64,000 nucleotides of DNA, taken from the NCBI GenBank assembly GCA_050951605.1, contig JBMNJJ010000003.1, forward strand, positions 4,510-68,509, written 5' to 3'. The stretch is from Peptococcia bacterium (GTDB taxonomy: Bacteria; Bacillota; Peptococcia; DRI-13; DTU073). The position numbers were made by a program, and so were the translations under genes. The notes under the pieces are model-generated. The model was not told the DNA's origin. It searched no databases and saw only the letters and a list, made by a program, of their open reading frames with translations. The stretch's first letter is position 1. Each line of letters opens with the position of its first letter. Below, in pieces: positions 17,977-28,492 of the stretch.

Positions 17977-19530
17977 ATGAAAAAGAGAGAATTCCTTTTA
18001 TGTCTTATTATTTTGCTTTTACTCTCCATAGGTTATTTTTACCTAAGTGTAGTTTATGTCGATATTTTTAATTTAAGTCTCTCCCCCGTAAAAGGATATA
18101 TTAAAACGGGCAATGTTGTTTATTTCATTTTTAGCTCTATGGTTTTCTTCGCCGGACTTCTTCTACTTTTAGAAAGACGTGACCCATCTAAAACATTAGC
18201 TTGGTTATTAATTCTACTTTTTTTACCTCTCGTAGGCTTTATTCTTTATCTTGTTTTTGGCAGACATCCGCGTAAGCAAAGAATAACTCGTAAAAAGAAA
18301 GTACTCAATAACAACCTTTATCCCCTCCAGCAATCTCTTTATCAAAATCCTCTCCCCGGTAACACCGAAGCCCGAGAGAAAGCCAGACTAATTGAACTTA
18401 TCTATAATAATGCCGACTTCCCTCCTACAGCCAATAATGAAATACAAGTATTAACCGATGGGCAAGAAATATTTCCGGCCTTTATCGAGGCAATTAAAAA
18501 AGCTCAAAAACATATCCACTTAGAAACGTATATCCTTAGAGATGATAATATCGGGAATACCATCGCCGACCTTCTCTGTGCCAAAGCACAAAAAGGTGTC
18601 AAAGTGCGCCTAATTTATGACGGTCTAGGTTCACGTCACCTAGGCAAAGAGTATCTGGAAAAACTACGTACTGCCGGCGTAGAAGTTGCTGTTTTCTTCC
18701 CGGTTAAACTACCTTTTTTACACAGAAAAATTAATTACCGCAACCATCGTAAAATCCTAGTTGTAGATGGGATAACAGGTTTTGTAGGAGGAGCAAATAT
18801 CGGTGATGAATACTTAGGGCAAAATCCGGAAATTGGCTACTGGCGAGATACACACGTCTGTTTAAAAGGAAATGCTGTCTATTTCTTACAACGTATTTTT
18901 TTGCAAGACTGGCATTTTATTACCGGAAAATCTTTAGAACACAATTCTATCGACCTTTTCCCTAAGCAAAAAACTACAGGTAAACACATCGTGCAAATAA
19001 CAGCTAGCGGACCGGACAGTCAGTGGGAAGCAATCATGCAAGTTTATTATTATACTATTGCCACTGCCGAAAAATCAGTCTATATCACTTCACCCTATTT
19101 TATTCCTAATGAAAGTATTCTTACCGCCTTAAAAACTGCTGCCTTAAGTGGTGTCGATGTTAAACTTATTCTCCCTGCTAAACCTGACCATAAAGTAGTC
19201 TTCTGGGCAGCTATGTCCTATCTAGGAGAATTACTTGAAGCCGGTGTCGAAATTTACTTTTATCATAAAGGATTTATTCATTCCAAAGTCCTCACCGTAG
19301 ACGGAATTGTTTCTTCCATTGGTTCAGCCAATATGGACCAACGTAGCTTTAGCCTTAATTTTGAAGTTAATGCTTTTATCTATGACCAAGAAACAGCTCT
19401 AAGATTAGAACAAGACTTTCAAGAAGACTTACGACATGCCAAAAAACTTACCCTGGAAGAACTCCAAAATCGTTCACTCGGACAACATTTCATCGAATCT
19501 ATAGCCCGCCTCTTTTCTCCTCTACTCTAA
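17977..19530 (+). CDS. cls: Cardiolipin synthase
   Basis: 517 aa. Two N-terminal TM helices and two HKD motifs (HRKILVVDG, HSKVLTVDG). Confidence 0.92.
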   Translation: MKKREFLLCLIILLLLSIGYFYLSVVYVDIFNLSLSPVKGYIKTGNVVYFIFSSMVFFAGLLLLLERRDPSKTLAWLLILLFLPLVGFILYLVFGRHPRKQRITRKKKVLNNNLYPLQQSLYQNPLPGNTEAREKARLIELIYNNADFPPTANNEIQVLTDGQEIFPAFIEAIKKAQKHIHLETYILRDDNIGNTIADLLCAKAQKGVKVRLIYDGLGSRHLGKEYLEKLRTAGVEVAVFFPVKLPFLHRKINYRNHRKILVVDGITGFVGGANIGDEYLGQNPEIGYWRDTHVCLKGNAVYFLQRIFLQDWHFITGKSLEHNSIDLFPKQKTTGKHIVQITASGPDSQWEAIMQVYYYTIATAEKSVYITSPYFIPNESILTALKTAALSGVDVKLILPAKPDHKVVFWAAMSYLGELLEAGVEIYFYHKGFIHSKVLTVDGIVSSIGSANMDQRSFSLNFEVNAFIYDQETALRLEQDFQEDLRHAKKLTLEELQNRSLGQHFIESIARLFSPLL

Positions 19531-19553
19531 GCTAATTTTAAGCAAACTACAAA

Positions 19554-19587
19554 GGGACGTTTCACTTATCATGAAGTGAAGCGTCCC
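19554..19587. terminator. Bidirectional rho-independent terminator between convergent cls and the SH3-protein gene
   Basis: GGGACGTTTCACTT-ATCATG-AAGTGAAGCGTCCC (14-bp stem, one G-U) is flanked by a T-run on the plus strand. On the minus strand the stem is followed by TTTGTAGTTT. Confidence 0.8.
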
Positions 19588-19669
19588 TTTTATTAATATT
19601 AGACTTCCTTCTCGAAGTTCCAATTCTAAACAAAGCACAAAACGAGAAACGGTACAGCATCTTTTCGAA

Positions 19670-20236
19670 TTATTGTGAACGTACAACCCCACTATACACC
19701 CAACCTACCGTACCATCCTCCAACTTAACATTATACCAACCGGCCTCTTCTTTCTGCACAAGCATCCCCTCTTCCTTCGTCACCTTCTTCAAGACACTGG
19801 CTTCTAAAGTCGGAGCACTACGTAAATTCACATAGTTCTGAGTGTTAATATAGATCGTCTTGCCTACAACAGAAGTCTTCTCAGGCTGTTTTGTTTCCTC
19901 CGGTTCATCCTTCTTATCCTTATTATTATCTGTAGGTTGAGAAGTAACAGGAGAAGTTGTTGGTTTAGAAGAACTAGAAGATGTATTTTTTATTTTATCT
20001 TGCAATTCATTAATCGTGCTTTGTAAAGCTTTCGCCTGTACAGAAAGCTCTGCTACGGTTTTCTCCAAATCCGTAACTCTTTCTTGAATTGCCTTATCTG
20101 CATAACTCTTGGAAACAATCGGGTCATCACTAGAACCCGGGGCAGGCGAATCAGCAACAACAGCTGCCTTCCCTAAGCAAAAACCCACCACAATAGATAA
20201 AATAGCTCCAATAATAATAAACCCACGCAGTTTCAT
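19670..20236 (-). CDS. Membrane-anchored protein with coiled coil, Ser/Thr/Pro-rich linker and C-terminal bacterial SH3 domain
   Basis: 188 aa. N-terminal TM; the C-terminus VNLRSAPTLEASVLKKV...GWYNVKLEDGTVGWVYSGVV is SH3_3-like. Confidence 0.65.
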   Translation of the reverse strand: MKLRGFIIIGAILSIVVGFCLGKAAVVADSPAPGSSDDPIVSKSYADKAIQERVTDLEKTVAELSVQAKALQSTINELQDKIKNTSSSSSKPTTSPVTSQPTDNNKDKKDEPEETKQPEKTSVVGKTIYINTQNYVNLRSAPTLEASVLKKVTKEEGMLVQKEEAGWYNVKLEDGTVGWVYSGVVRSQ

Positions 20237-20273
20237 CTCTACACCTCTTTTTTAAACTTATTTACCGAAACAT

Positions 20274-21353
20274 CTATTTTGTCAAATGATGATAAACCTT
20301 TTCATCCTTAACTTGACTCTGTTTGTCACACTCTTGTCTCTCCCGCCCGTGTAATATACCCAGTTTTTCCGCTCCAATACAAAAACCCAGAATCAAAGCC
20401 ACCATAATCAACATCCCCTGAGCAGTTGTAACCAAAGCCATAACAATCGCGGAAAAACTTAATACAATACTCACCCCATACATAGCCAATACTGTATGCT
20501 GGTGAGACAAGCCTAATCTAAGTAAGCGATGATGAAGATGTTCTTTATCTGCACTAAAAATTGGCTTGCCTCCAAAATAGCGTCGCACAATAGCAAATAA
20601 AGTATCCAAAATAGGAATACCTAAAATAACTACCGGTAAAAACAAAGAAATAATCGTGGCACTTTTCGTCAAACCAATTATCGCTAAAACCGAGAGATTA
20701 AAACCTAAAAACAGCGAACCTGTATCTCCCATAAAGATTTGAGCAGGATGAAAATTATACTTTAAAAAGCCGAAAATACTCGCTGCCAAAATAAGAGCTA
20801 ACATCGCCGCCTGTTGAGATGTTTCCAAATAAGCAATTACCCCTAATGTTACCGCAGCTATAGCCGAGACACCTGCCGCCAAACCATCTAAGCCATCAAT
20901 AAGATTAACCGCATTAGTAATCCCAATTATCCACAACAAAGTCAAAGGATAACTCCAATAGCCAAGAGAAATGACACCTTTAACCGGATGGGTGATAAAG
21001 TCTACTCGTACACCGGCATAAATAACGATACAAGCAGCCACAATCTGTACTGCTAATTTCTGCCGTGCAGTAACCCCTTTAATATCATCAATAATTCCCA
21101 CAAGGGTAATTAAAAGCCCACCTACTAAAAGCCCATAAAGCCCAGTCGTCATCTCGGTAGTTAAAAGTACAGTCAACCAAAAACCCAAGCAAATCGCTAA
21201 ACCGCCTAAACGAGGCATCGGCTTATGATGAACCTTCCGCTCCGTCGGTTGGTCGAGAGCTTTAATTTTATATGCTAATTTTTTAACAAGAGGAGTCCCT
21301 AAGAAAACTAAGCCAAAAGCTAACAGTAAAGGACCAATTGTTCCGATTCCCAT
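20274..21353 (-). CDS. tagO: Undecaprenyl-phosphate GlcNAc-1-phosphate transferase (TagO/WecA, MraY superfamily)
   Basis: 359 aa polytopic protein. NAVNLIDGLDGLA and FMGDTGSLFLGF motifs. Confidence 0.85.
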   Translation of the reverse strand: MGIGTIGPLLLAFGLVFLGTPLVKKLAYKIKALDQPTERKVHHKPMPRLGGLAICLGFWLTVLLTTEMTTGLYGLLVGGLLITLVGIIDDIKGVTARQKLAVQIVAACIVIYAGVRVDFITHPVKGVISLGYWSYPLTLLWIIGITNAVNLIDGLDGLAAGVSAIAAVTLGVIAYLETSQQAAMLALILAASIFGFLKYNFHPAQIFMGDTGSLFLGFNLSVLAIIGLTKSATIISLFLPVVILGIPILDTLFAIVRRYFGGKPIFSADKEHLHHRLLRLGLSHQHTVLAMYGVSIVLSFSAIVMALVTTAQGMLIMVALILGFCIGAEKLGILHGRERQECDKQSQVKDEKVYHHLTK

Positions 21354-21436
21354 TAATTTTGCCTCCTCTGAAACCTTCCATATTTCTTTTTTATCAATTT
21401 TCGATTATAGCACGTTAAACAGTATTTGTCTACAGG

Positions 21437-21862
21437 CTACCTCTCCAAAGCAAAGGTCAATTCAGCCTCACAGGCTACTTCTTCTTCCACCAAAGCACGT
21501 GCTTTACATTTACCAATTACTCCCCGCATCTTCACTACTTCTATTTCCAGTCTTAACTGGTCCCCGGGAACAACCTGACGCCTAAACCTACAATTATCAA
21601 TACGTGCAAAATAAGCAATTTTACCCTTGTTTTCCGGTTTAGAAAGTACCAATACCGCTCCGGTTTGGGCCAAAGCCTCGACCAACAAAACTCCCGGCAT
21701 CACCGGCTTTTCAGGAAAATGTCCTTGAAAAAACGGTTCATTACCCGTAACATTTTTAAGTCCAACAATTCTTTGGTCTTCTTCCAGTTCCACAATCCTA
21801 TCCACCAAAAGAAAAGGATATCTATGAGGTAAAATTTCTTTAATCTCCACTAAATCAAGCAT
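21437..21862 (-). CDS. fabZ: 3-hydroxyacyl-ACP dehydratase FabZ
   Basis: 141 aa. [13 protein letters not shown] and [23 protein letters not shown]. Confidence 0.93.
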   Translation of the reverse strand: MLDLVEIKEILPHRYPFLLVDRIVELEEDQRIVGLKNVTGNEPFFQGHFPEKPVMPGVLLVEALAQTGAVLVLSKPENKGKIAYFARIDNCRFRRQVVPGDQLRLEIEVVKMRGVIGKCKARALVEEEVACEAELTFALER

Positions 21863-21996
21863 CTCCCTCTCTCCCTTTCCACTTTCAAAATATAATCATA
21901 GTAAAGGTATTAATTCGACATCTTTCCCCGTAAACCTTCTTCCTTTTTTTGCTCTTTATTTTATTTTTTAGTTATTCCTTCTTTCTCGTACCTAAC

Positions 21997-23550
21997 CTAC
22001 TTTAATTCACCTGCTTTAGCCTTTACCTTTTGCCAAAAAGCCCAAGCTTCCTCCTCACGAAACAAAAAGAGAGAAAAAACATAAACAGTAACACCAACTA
22101 CAATACTAAGCAAAACATTTAGCAATAAAATTTTTATATCTTCACCCGGAAAAATAGAATTACTTAAATAGCTATACAAAACCAGTGCCGTAATCGCCGT
22201 TAAAAACGAACCACCCAAGGACTTAACCACAGAACGACAAAGATTTCTCAAATACAAACAAGGCAAATGTTTCTTTAAAAACACATACATGGCTACAGCA
22301 TTAAAAATAGCCGCTAAAGTATTTGCTAATGCCAAGCCACAATGTCCCAAAGAAGGCATTAAAGCAATACTTGCCACAATATTCACTCCAATAGATAATA
22401 AACCCAAATAAAGTGGTGTCCGCACATCACCCAATGCATAATAAGCACGAGTAATTACCATAATCATGGCCATCGCAAACATCCCCAAACAAAAATAGAA
22501 AAGAGCATCTGCAGTCATCCTAGTAGCGATTGCATCAAAAGCCCCTCTTTCAAAAAGAAGCTTGACTATAGGTATCTTTAAAGCCATTAACCCGGCTGCG
22601 GCCGGCAAAGTAATCAATAACACTAATTTTAAACCACGCCCTAAAGTCGCCCCTAACTCCCGCCGATCCCCCTTAAAAGCTTGTTCCGATAAAGTAGGAA
22701 AAATCACGGTAGAAATAGCTAGTGCAAAAACACCCATCGGCAAATTCATTAATTTACTGGCATAATTAAGTGCCGAGATACTTCCTTCCACTAACCCTGA
22801 AGCAAAAAAACGATTAATCATTAAGTAAATTTGATTAACAGCAGTCCCTAAAAAAATCGGCAACAAATTAAAGAAAAGCCCTTTGACCTCAGGATGCCGT
22901 AAATTCCAATCCCCATAATAGCGAAAACCAATCTTTTTTAAAATGGGGAATTGAATTAACATCGCCCCCACCATACTAAACAAAGTCCCCCAAGCTAAAT
23001 AATGAATTCCATATTTACCAAAGAAAATTACGGAAAAAATAATAATTAAACTAGAAAAACCCGGAGCAAAAGCAGCCACGGCAAAATACTTTTTAGCATT
23101 TAAAATTCCTGTAATCAACATTCCAATCCCCATAAAAATAACGGAAGGGAACATAATCATCGTTAAAGTTGTGGCTAACCCTGCTGTAAAAGCATCAAAA
23201 CCGGGAGCAGTAACCATCACCAAAAATCTTGCTCCTAGGACACCCAGCAACGTAAAACCCAACATAAAAAGTGCAGTCCAATTTAAAGTAATACTGGCAA
23301 TACGCCAAGCCTCTTCTTGTTCACCCTTGACTAAATACTTAGTAACCACCGGCACTATTGCCGAAACTAAAGCCATCCCTAAAACAGCCTGCAAAAAATA
23401 AGGCAACGTATAGGCCAAAAGATAAGCATCAGTAAGATAAGTAGCCCCAAATTGATTAGCAATAACCGCTTCTCGCCCAAACCCGAGAAGACGACTTAAA
23501 ACATTAATCACCATAATCAACAAGGCTGCCTGAGTAATACTACGATTCAC
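21997..23550 (-). CDS. murJ: MurJ/MviN family lipid-linked oligosaccharide flippase
   Basis: 517 aa, about 14 TM. N-terminal LSRLLGFGREAVIANQFGATYLTDAY is a typical MurJ start. Confidence 0.8.
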   Translation of the reverse strand: MNRSITQAALLIMVINVLSRLLGFGREAVIANQFGATYLTDAYLLAYTLPYFLQAVLGMALVSAIVPVVTKYLVKGEQEEAWRIASITLNWTALFMLGFTLLGVLGARFLVMVTAPGFDAFTAGLATTLTMIMFPSVIFMGIGMLITGILNAKKYFAVAAFAPGFSSLIIIFSVIFFGKYGIHYLAWGTLFSMVGAMLIQFPILKKIGFRYYGDWNLRHPEVKGLFFNLLPIFLGTAVNQIYLMINRFFASGLVEGSISALNYASKLMNLPMGVFALAISTVIFPTLSEQAFKGDRRELGATLGRGLKLVLLITLPAAAGLMALKIPIVKLLFERGAFDAIATRMTADALFYFCLGMFAMAMIMVITRAYYALGDVRTPLYLGLLSIGVNIVASIALMPSLGHCGLALANTLAAIFNAVAMYVFLKKHLPCLYLRNLCRSVVKSLGGSFLTAITALVLYSYLSNSIFPGEDIKILLLNVLLSIVVGVTVYVFSLFLFREEEAWAFWQKVKAKAGELK

Positions 23551-24677
23551 TATTTTTCTCCTCCACTAGTGGGATTCTCCAGCATACTCATGGCAATACG
23601 AGCTGTCTGCCAAGCTTTTTGATACATAGCCTGTGTCCTTCTATCCAATTCCTTAATAATTTCTTCTCGCTGTCCATCAACCCAAGTAAGTAATTCCACT
23701 AAAGGCTGTGCGTGAAGATTATTTACGGATAGCAAAGAGACCTGTCCTGCCTGACGCAGAAAACGATCTACTTTATGGTCATAAGAAAGTCCCACCATAG
23801 GAACTCCAGCTACAGCAGCCATAATCAAAGAATGAAGTCTCATCCCTACGATTAAATCAAAGTTTTTTGTTAAGGAAAGTAATTCCTCCGCTGTATAATC
23901 TTCTTTAAGTAATACCCCCTGATGATTACTTAAAAGGTGAATAGCCTCTCTAGCTACAGGAATATCTCCCGGAAACTGCATCGGAACAAAAACAATCTGC
24001 CAGCCTTTTTCCACCATTTGGTCTAAGGCTTCTACTAAAGGCAATAAATACTCATTTTTACCCCAAGGACGTAAATATACGCCTAAAAGCTTTTCCTCTT
24101 CACCCCATTTTAGCTCATAGCGCTCTAGAATTTCGCGGCCTAATTTTTCATCAACTTCTTCTTTATTTAACCCTAACACCGGATCAGCAGTAACAATAAT
24201 TTCCTGCTGAACTCCCATTGCCACTAAATCTTTTTTCGATTCCTCATCCCTTACCGTAATTTTATTCACCCAGTTTAAGAGCCAAGTAGTTAGCCTTTTA
24301 TTCCTCTTTCTTTGTAAAGGGCCTATCCCTTGAGCATAAATCATTACCGGTTTATCTAAAAACCTCGCTAAGAAAATTATACCCAAATAATACAGGGGAC
24401 TATTGCTACTACTCACATCTTGTAAAAGGGAACCTCCCCCACTAAGCAGTAAATCACAACCAGATAAAGCACTAATTACCTCGAAAATCTTCCAACGATT
24501 AAGAACACTAATCCCCATTTCAGAATATTGTTTTTCAGTCTTTTTCGGGTTATGGGATAAGATAACAATTTCCAATTCAGGTTCTATTTGTTTTAAGGTC
24601 TTAATAATTGCATAAAGAATGGCCTCATCACCAGCATTATTAAACCCGAAATAGCCTGAAAGGACAATCTTAGCCAT
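23550..24677 (-). CDS. csaB: Polysaccharide pyruvyl transferase CsaB (SCWP pyruvylation for SLH-domain anchoring)
   Basis: 375 aa. The N-terminal LSGYFGFNNAGDEAIL and overall pattern fit CsaB. Its stop overlaps the murJ start. Confidence 0.82.
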   Translation of the reverse strand: MAKIVLSGYFGFNNAGDEAILYAIIKTLKQIEPELEIVILSHNPKKTEKQYSEMGISVLNRWKIFEVISALSGCDLLLSGGGSLLQDVSSSNSPLYYLGIIFLARFLDKPVMIYAQGIGPLQRKRNKRLTTWLLNWVNKITVRDEESKKDLVAMGVQQEIIVTADPVLGLNKEEVDEKLGREILERYELKWGEEEKLLGVYLRPWGKNEYLLPLVEALDQMVEKGWQIVFVPMQFPGDIPVAREAIHLLSNHQGVLLKEDYTAEELLSLTKNFDLIVGMRLHSLIMAAVAGVPMVGLSYDHKVDRFLRQAGQVSLLSVNNLHAQPLVELLTWVDGQREEIIKELDRRTQAMYQKAWQTARIAMSMLENPTSGGEK

Positions 24678-26598
24678 TATTTAGCCTCCTTATGACCACA
24701 TTAGCCGTAAACCTCACTACGATGAGCAACATCAGCCCCAGCAAGACCCCTAACCAAAGACCATGAAAAGAACGTAAGAAAGAGATTTCTAATGGTGTAT
24801 GCAAATGAGCATAGGTATTAACTACAGAAATCTGACCAATTATCCCCAGAAAAAGCAAAGGTAGTTTTTGATGAGAATAGCCGGAATACAATAACAACAA
24901 CATTAAAGGATGTCCGATTAAAAACTCTTTCGTCCGCGGCCGAACCAAAAGCAGAGAATCTAACAACTCTCTAAACTTAATTTCCCAAGAACTAACCAAT
25001 CCGGGAACACCATTACCCGTACGTAAAAGGTAAATAGCCACAATCAGCAATAAAAGCAAACCGGCTATCACGTGCCAGACCAAAAGAGGTGTATTTAGTA
25101 TCTCACGCATGGTAGTGAGTGGCTTGCGGTCACTATATTTAAGGAAAAAATAAAGAGGAAGAATAAGTAAAGGTACCACATGAGCCAATTTAACTCCACT
25201 AAACTGGTCTAATTTTAGCATAAAAGCTTTATCCGCTAAAAGCCCCGTCATTAATATTGCTCCACAAAAACTTATCCCCGTCATCAAGAGTAAAGCTTTC
25301 ACCGCTCCCCCTGCCGTTCTTTTTTCTTTTCGTACCATTTTCACTACTGCCAACACAGGAAAAATAATCACCGCCAATAAAGCGAACACTTTTCGGGCAA
25401 ATAAAGGCTGAAAATAGAGTAAGCCTACCCAACCTAATAAACCTCCCAAACTAAGTAATGCTGTCCAATGGGGAGCTAAAAAGTAATTCAAAAAGAGTAG
25501 ACCACCACCTACAACACCTAAACCTACAACCAGAACGAGTAGACGAGAATAAGGTATGCTCGGTAGACTTTTTACAGATCCCACTACCAAGCCCTCTGCT
25601 TCAATATTGGCTTTAACCCTGCTGATAAAATCTAACCCATTCGCCAATGCAGTTGTGGGTTGTTCTAAACCAAAAAGACGTACATAAAGCATACGAATAT
25701 TTCTTTCGGATACGGCTAAATTAAATCTCGCAAGTGCTGAACTTTCACTGTTTTTCTTCATCTCATTTTCATTAATACAATGAATACGTACAGCATTTTT
25801 TCCCATAGAACGAGCTAAATTTGTCAGTCCCTGTTGAGCATAAAATTCAAAAATGCCTACCGGAACATTTGCCCCTTGTAATTTATGGGCTAAATAACCG
25901 GCATCACCCGGAATACGATCATCATTAAAAGTAAACATGGAAAGCCCCGGTAAATCGCCCCAAGAAGCAGTCAAGACGTCTAGAGAGGTTTGATTTGCCC
26001 CTTGCCAACTCCTAATACGGGGAACGATAGTCAAGCCACCGGTCTTGATTTCCTGTAAATCAGCACGAGGGAACCCTACACCCAACTTTTCCCATTCCTG
26101 ACCGGATAAATGTAAAGAAATTGCCTGCCAATCACCTGCTTGAATTACTTCTACCCCTTCTTTTTTCTGTGCCAAATTCTGATATATTTCTGTAAACAAC
26201 TCTTTTTCCTGTATAAATAAATAAGTGTTTTCTTTGACCGGAGTAAGACCAGGGAGAAATTCCGGATTTAAACTTTGCTGTAAAGCTACTTCGGAACCCT
26301 GTAATAATAATAAATCCCCCTGAGCATCTAAATCGGCTAAAGTCCTCTCCCGCACTACCACCCCGGTAGCCCCGGCCTCACGAAATTGAGTCGCCAAAGT
26401 TTGCCATGAAAGTTGATTTGTAACCATAAGAGTCTTTAATTGGTCATAATCAAGTAATATTTCTACCGAGTTATATTCCTTTTCCGCTTGCCATCTATAC
26501 ACACCAAGAAACAAAGAAACAACCAAGCCTAAGATAAGACAAGATATTCCCACCCATTGAAGATGTTTTCGCTTAAGTATCATGATCTCCGCCTCCAC
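24670..26598 (-). CDS. Large membrane protein of unknown function (N-terminal anchor, ~330-aa extracytoplasmic domain, ~8 C-terminal TM)
   Basis: 642 aa. Its end overlaps the csaB start by 8 nt. I think it resembles the DUF5693-type proteins found next to csaB but cannot confirm this. Confidence 0.5.
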   Translation of the reverse strand: MEAEIMILKRKHLQWVGISCLILGLVVSLFLGVYRWQAEKEYNSVEILLDYDQLKTLMVTNQLSWQTLATQFREAGATGVVVRERTLADLDAQGDLLLLQGSEVALQQSLNPEFLPGLTPVKENTYLFIQEKELFTEIYQNLAQKKEGVEVIQAGDWQAISLHLSGQEWEKLGVGFPRADLQEIKTGGLTIVPRIRSWQGANQTSLDVLTASWGDLPGLSMFTFNDDRIPGDAGYLAHKLQGANVPVGIFEFYAQQGLTNLARSMGKNAVRIHCINENEMKKNSESSALARFNLAVSERNIRMLYVRLFGLEQPTTALANGLDFISRVKANIEAEGLVVGSVKSLPSIPYSRLLVLVVGLGVVGGGLLFLNYFLAPHWTALLSLGGLLGWVGLLYFQPLFARKVFALLAVIIFPVLAVVKMVRKEKRTAGGAVKALLLMTGISFCGAILMTGLLADKAFMLKLDQFSGVKLAHVVPLLILPLYFFLKYSDRKPLTTMREILNTPLLVWHVIAGLLLLLIVAIYLLRTGNGVPGLVSSWEIKFRELLDSLLLVRPRTKEFLIGHPLMLLLLYSGYSHQKLPLLFLGIIGQISVVNTYAHLHTPLEISFLRSFHGLWLGVLLGLMLLIVVRFTANVVIRRLNNG

Positions 26599-26613
26599 AA
26601 CTACCTGATAAAA

Positions 26614-28461
26614 TTAAGTTACAGTGATAAGAAATTCATATAAATTAGCCAATAGTACTAACATTTCAGCAAAACCAGGTGTTTCTTCCCAGTCCTTAAC
26701 TCTCTCCAGCAATTGCTCACTTAAAATCTCCTTTTCTTGCAAAAGAACACGAGCCTGGGAAAAAGACATTTTTTTGCCCGTCAACCCTTCCGCTACCGCC
26801 ATGATCATTTCCTTTTGATTAACCGTCAACGGTATTTCCACCCGCCGTAACTTAACTTGAGGATTTCGTTCATAGGCAACACGCAGCACTTTATTTAACT
26901 TATTTTCCAAATTCCACTTGTTAATCTTCCGTTCTAACCCATAATTATTTTCATAGCCACCTTCAATTAAACCTAATTCTCTCATTACCCTTACACCCGG
27001 ATAAGCCCAATGGTCCATGACAACAGGACGTGGAGGAATATAATCTTCAAGATAAGCGCCTTGTGCTTTCAATCTCTCCTGTACCCACTTAATGGCCTCA
27101 CGTGACTTCGTCATTTCGCGAAAAGAAACACCTTCTTTAATCGAATAAGCACAAGCTACCCCGGCCGCCTCTCCCGTTACCATTCCAACAGGAAGAACAC
27201 GAGCACTACCATGAGGCAAAGAGTCATAAGAAGCACTCCTCCCCACTACCAGCAAGTCCTCTACTTCTAAAGGAACTAAACAACGAAAAGGAATCCCGTA
27301 AATATCCGGTTTGCCAATCACATTACCTGAATTAGCAGGGCTGGTAGGTTGAACATCTACCGGGTAACTACCATAACCAATTTTATCCCAATGATCGCGA
27401 TTTTCCAAAACATCAGTAATTGTTAAACGATACTCCCCTTCAATATGACGCGTCTCTCGTACATATAATTGCTCCGCCGTTCCTACAAAAGCAACATTTT
27501 CAAAACCGGGGAATTTTTTTTGCATAAACTTAATAATCTGAGGGATTTCCTTTTTACCCCGGGCAATTCCTTCTGCTTTAGAATCGGGGTTCAAGCTATC
27601 TACACCGAAAATAAGTAAAGCATTGACCAGAACATTACCATTTTTCTGGCGGGCTAAATTAGGTCCCCGAAAACGCATCAACGGGTCTTGGGGAACATAT
27701 TCTTCCGCTTCCTTACCATAGCCCCAAGCAGCTACTTTATCTGCCCCTGTATTAGGATCCTGATCCTCATGTTTGAGATACTGAATTACCCGATCCCAAT
27801 TAACCCCCGAAACCTCAAAAACCAATGTTACTCCCATTAATAACCCTTTTTCTCCATAGTCCTCCCCACCAATAGTATAGGGCACTCCCACCTGAGCAGC
27901 AAGGTCAGCATCTGTTGTTGCATCAATTACCCGTAAACCAAAATATTTTGTGGTAAAGTCATTTTCCTTAACCTTGACTCCTACTATTTTATTCCCTTCT
28001 ACTAATGGAGAAATCACTTCTGTATTTAAAAGAAGAGTTATATTCTTTTCTCTCTTCACTTTTTTAAGAAAATAAGCCTTAGCCTCTTCAACATCAAAAG
28101 CGTTCCCTAAATCTTTGTAAAACTCTTCAAAAATTCCTCTAGTCAATAATTCATGCTGAGGGCCATGATTCATGTCTAAAAAATTCAACTGTCCTAAAGT
28201 CATCAACCCACCTAAAGCATAGTCATCTTCGATTAATAAAGTTTTTAACCCATTACGGCTTGCGGAAAGAGCTGCAGCTACTCCCTCCGGCTCACCTCCT
28301 ACCACTATCACATCATAACCCGGCTGCCCATTAATCATAGGACCCGGTACAGGAAAAAAACTCCACTTATAATAATGATATAAAGCAGCAAAAAGTATTA
28401 AGCTAATAATTACTCCCAAGACAATCTTCCATTTGTTTAACCCATCTCTTGCCGGTCTCAA
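26614..28461 (-). CDS. Membrane-anchored FAD-dependent oxidoreductase (FAD_oxidored/PF12831-like), paralog A
   Basis: 615 aa. N-terminal TM, then dinucleotide-binding VIVVGGEPEGVAAALSASRNGLKTLLIEDDYALGG. Long identical stretches with the neighbouring ORF (RETRHIEGEYRLTITDVLENRDHWD). Confidence 0.65.
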   Translation of the reverse strand: MRPARDGLNKWKIVLGVIISLILFAALYHYYKWSFFPVPGPMINGQPGYDVIVVGGEPEGVAAALSASRNGLKTLLIEDDYALGGLMTLGQLNFLDMNHGPQHELLTRGIFEEFYKDLGNAFDVEEAKAYFLKKVKREKNITLLLNTEVISPLVEGNKIVGVKVKENDFTTKYFGLRVIDATTDADLAAQVGVPYTIGGEDYGEKGLLMGVTLVFEVSGVNWDRVIQYLKHEDQDPNTGADKVAAWGYGKEAEEYVPQDPLMRFRGPNLARQKNGNVLVNALLIFGVDSLNPDSKAEGIARGKKEIPQIIKFMQKKFPGFENVAFVGTAEQLYVRETRHIEGEYRLTITDVLENRDHWDKIGYGSYPVDVQPTSPANSGNVIGKPDIYGIPFRCLVPLEVEDLLVVGRSASYDSLPHGSARVLPVGMVTGEAAGVACAYSIKEGVSFREMTKSREAIKWVQERLKAQGAYLEDYIPPRPVVMDHWAYPGVRVMRELGLIEGGYENNYGLERKINKWNLENKLNKVLRVAYERNPQVKLRRVEIPLTVNQKEMIMAVAEGLTGKKMSFSQARVLLQEKEILSEQLLERVKDWEETPGFAEMLVLLANLYEFLITVT

Positions 28462-28492
28462 CGAGAAATTCCCCCTTTACCTAATATTATAC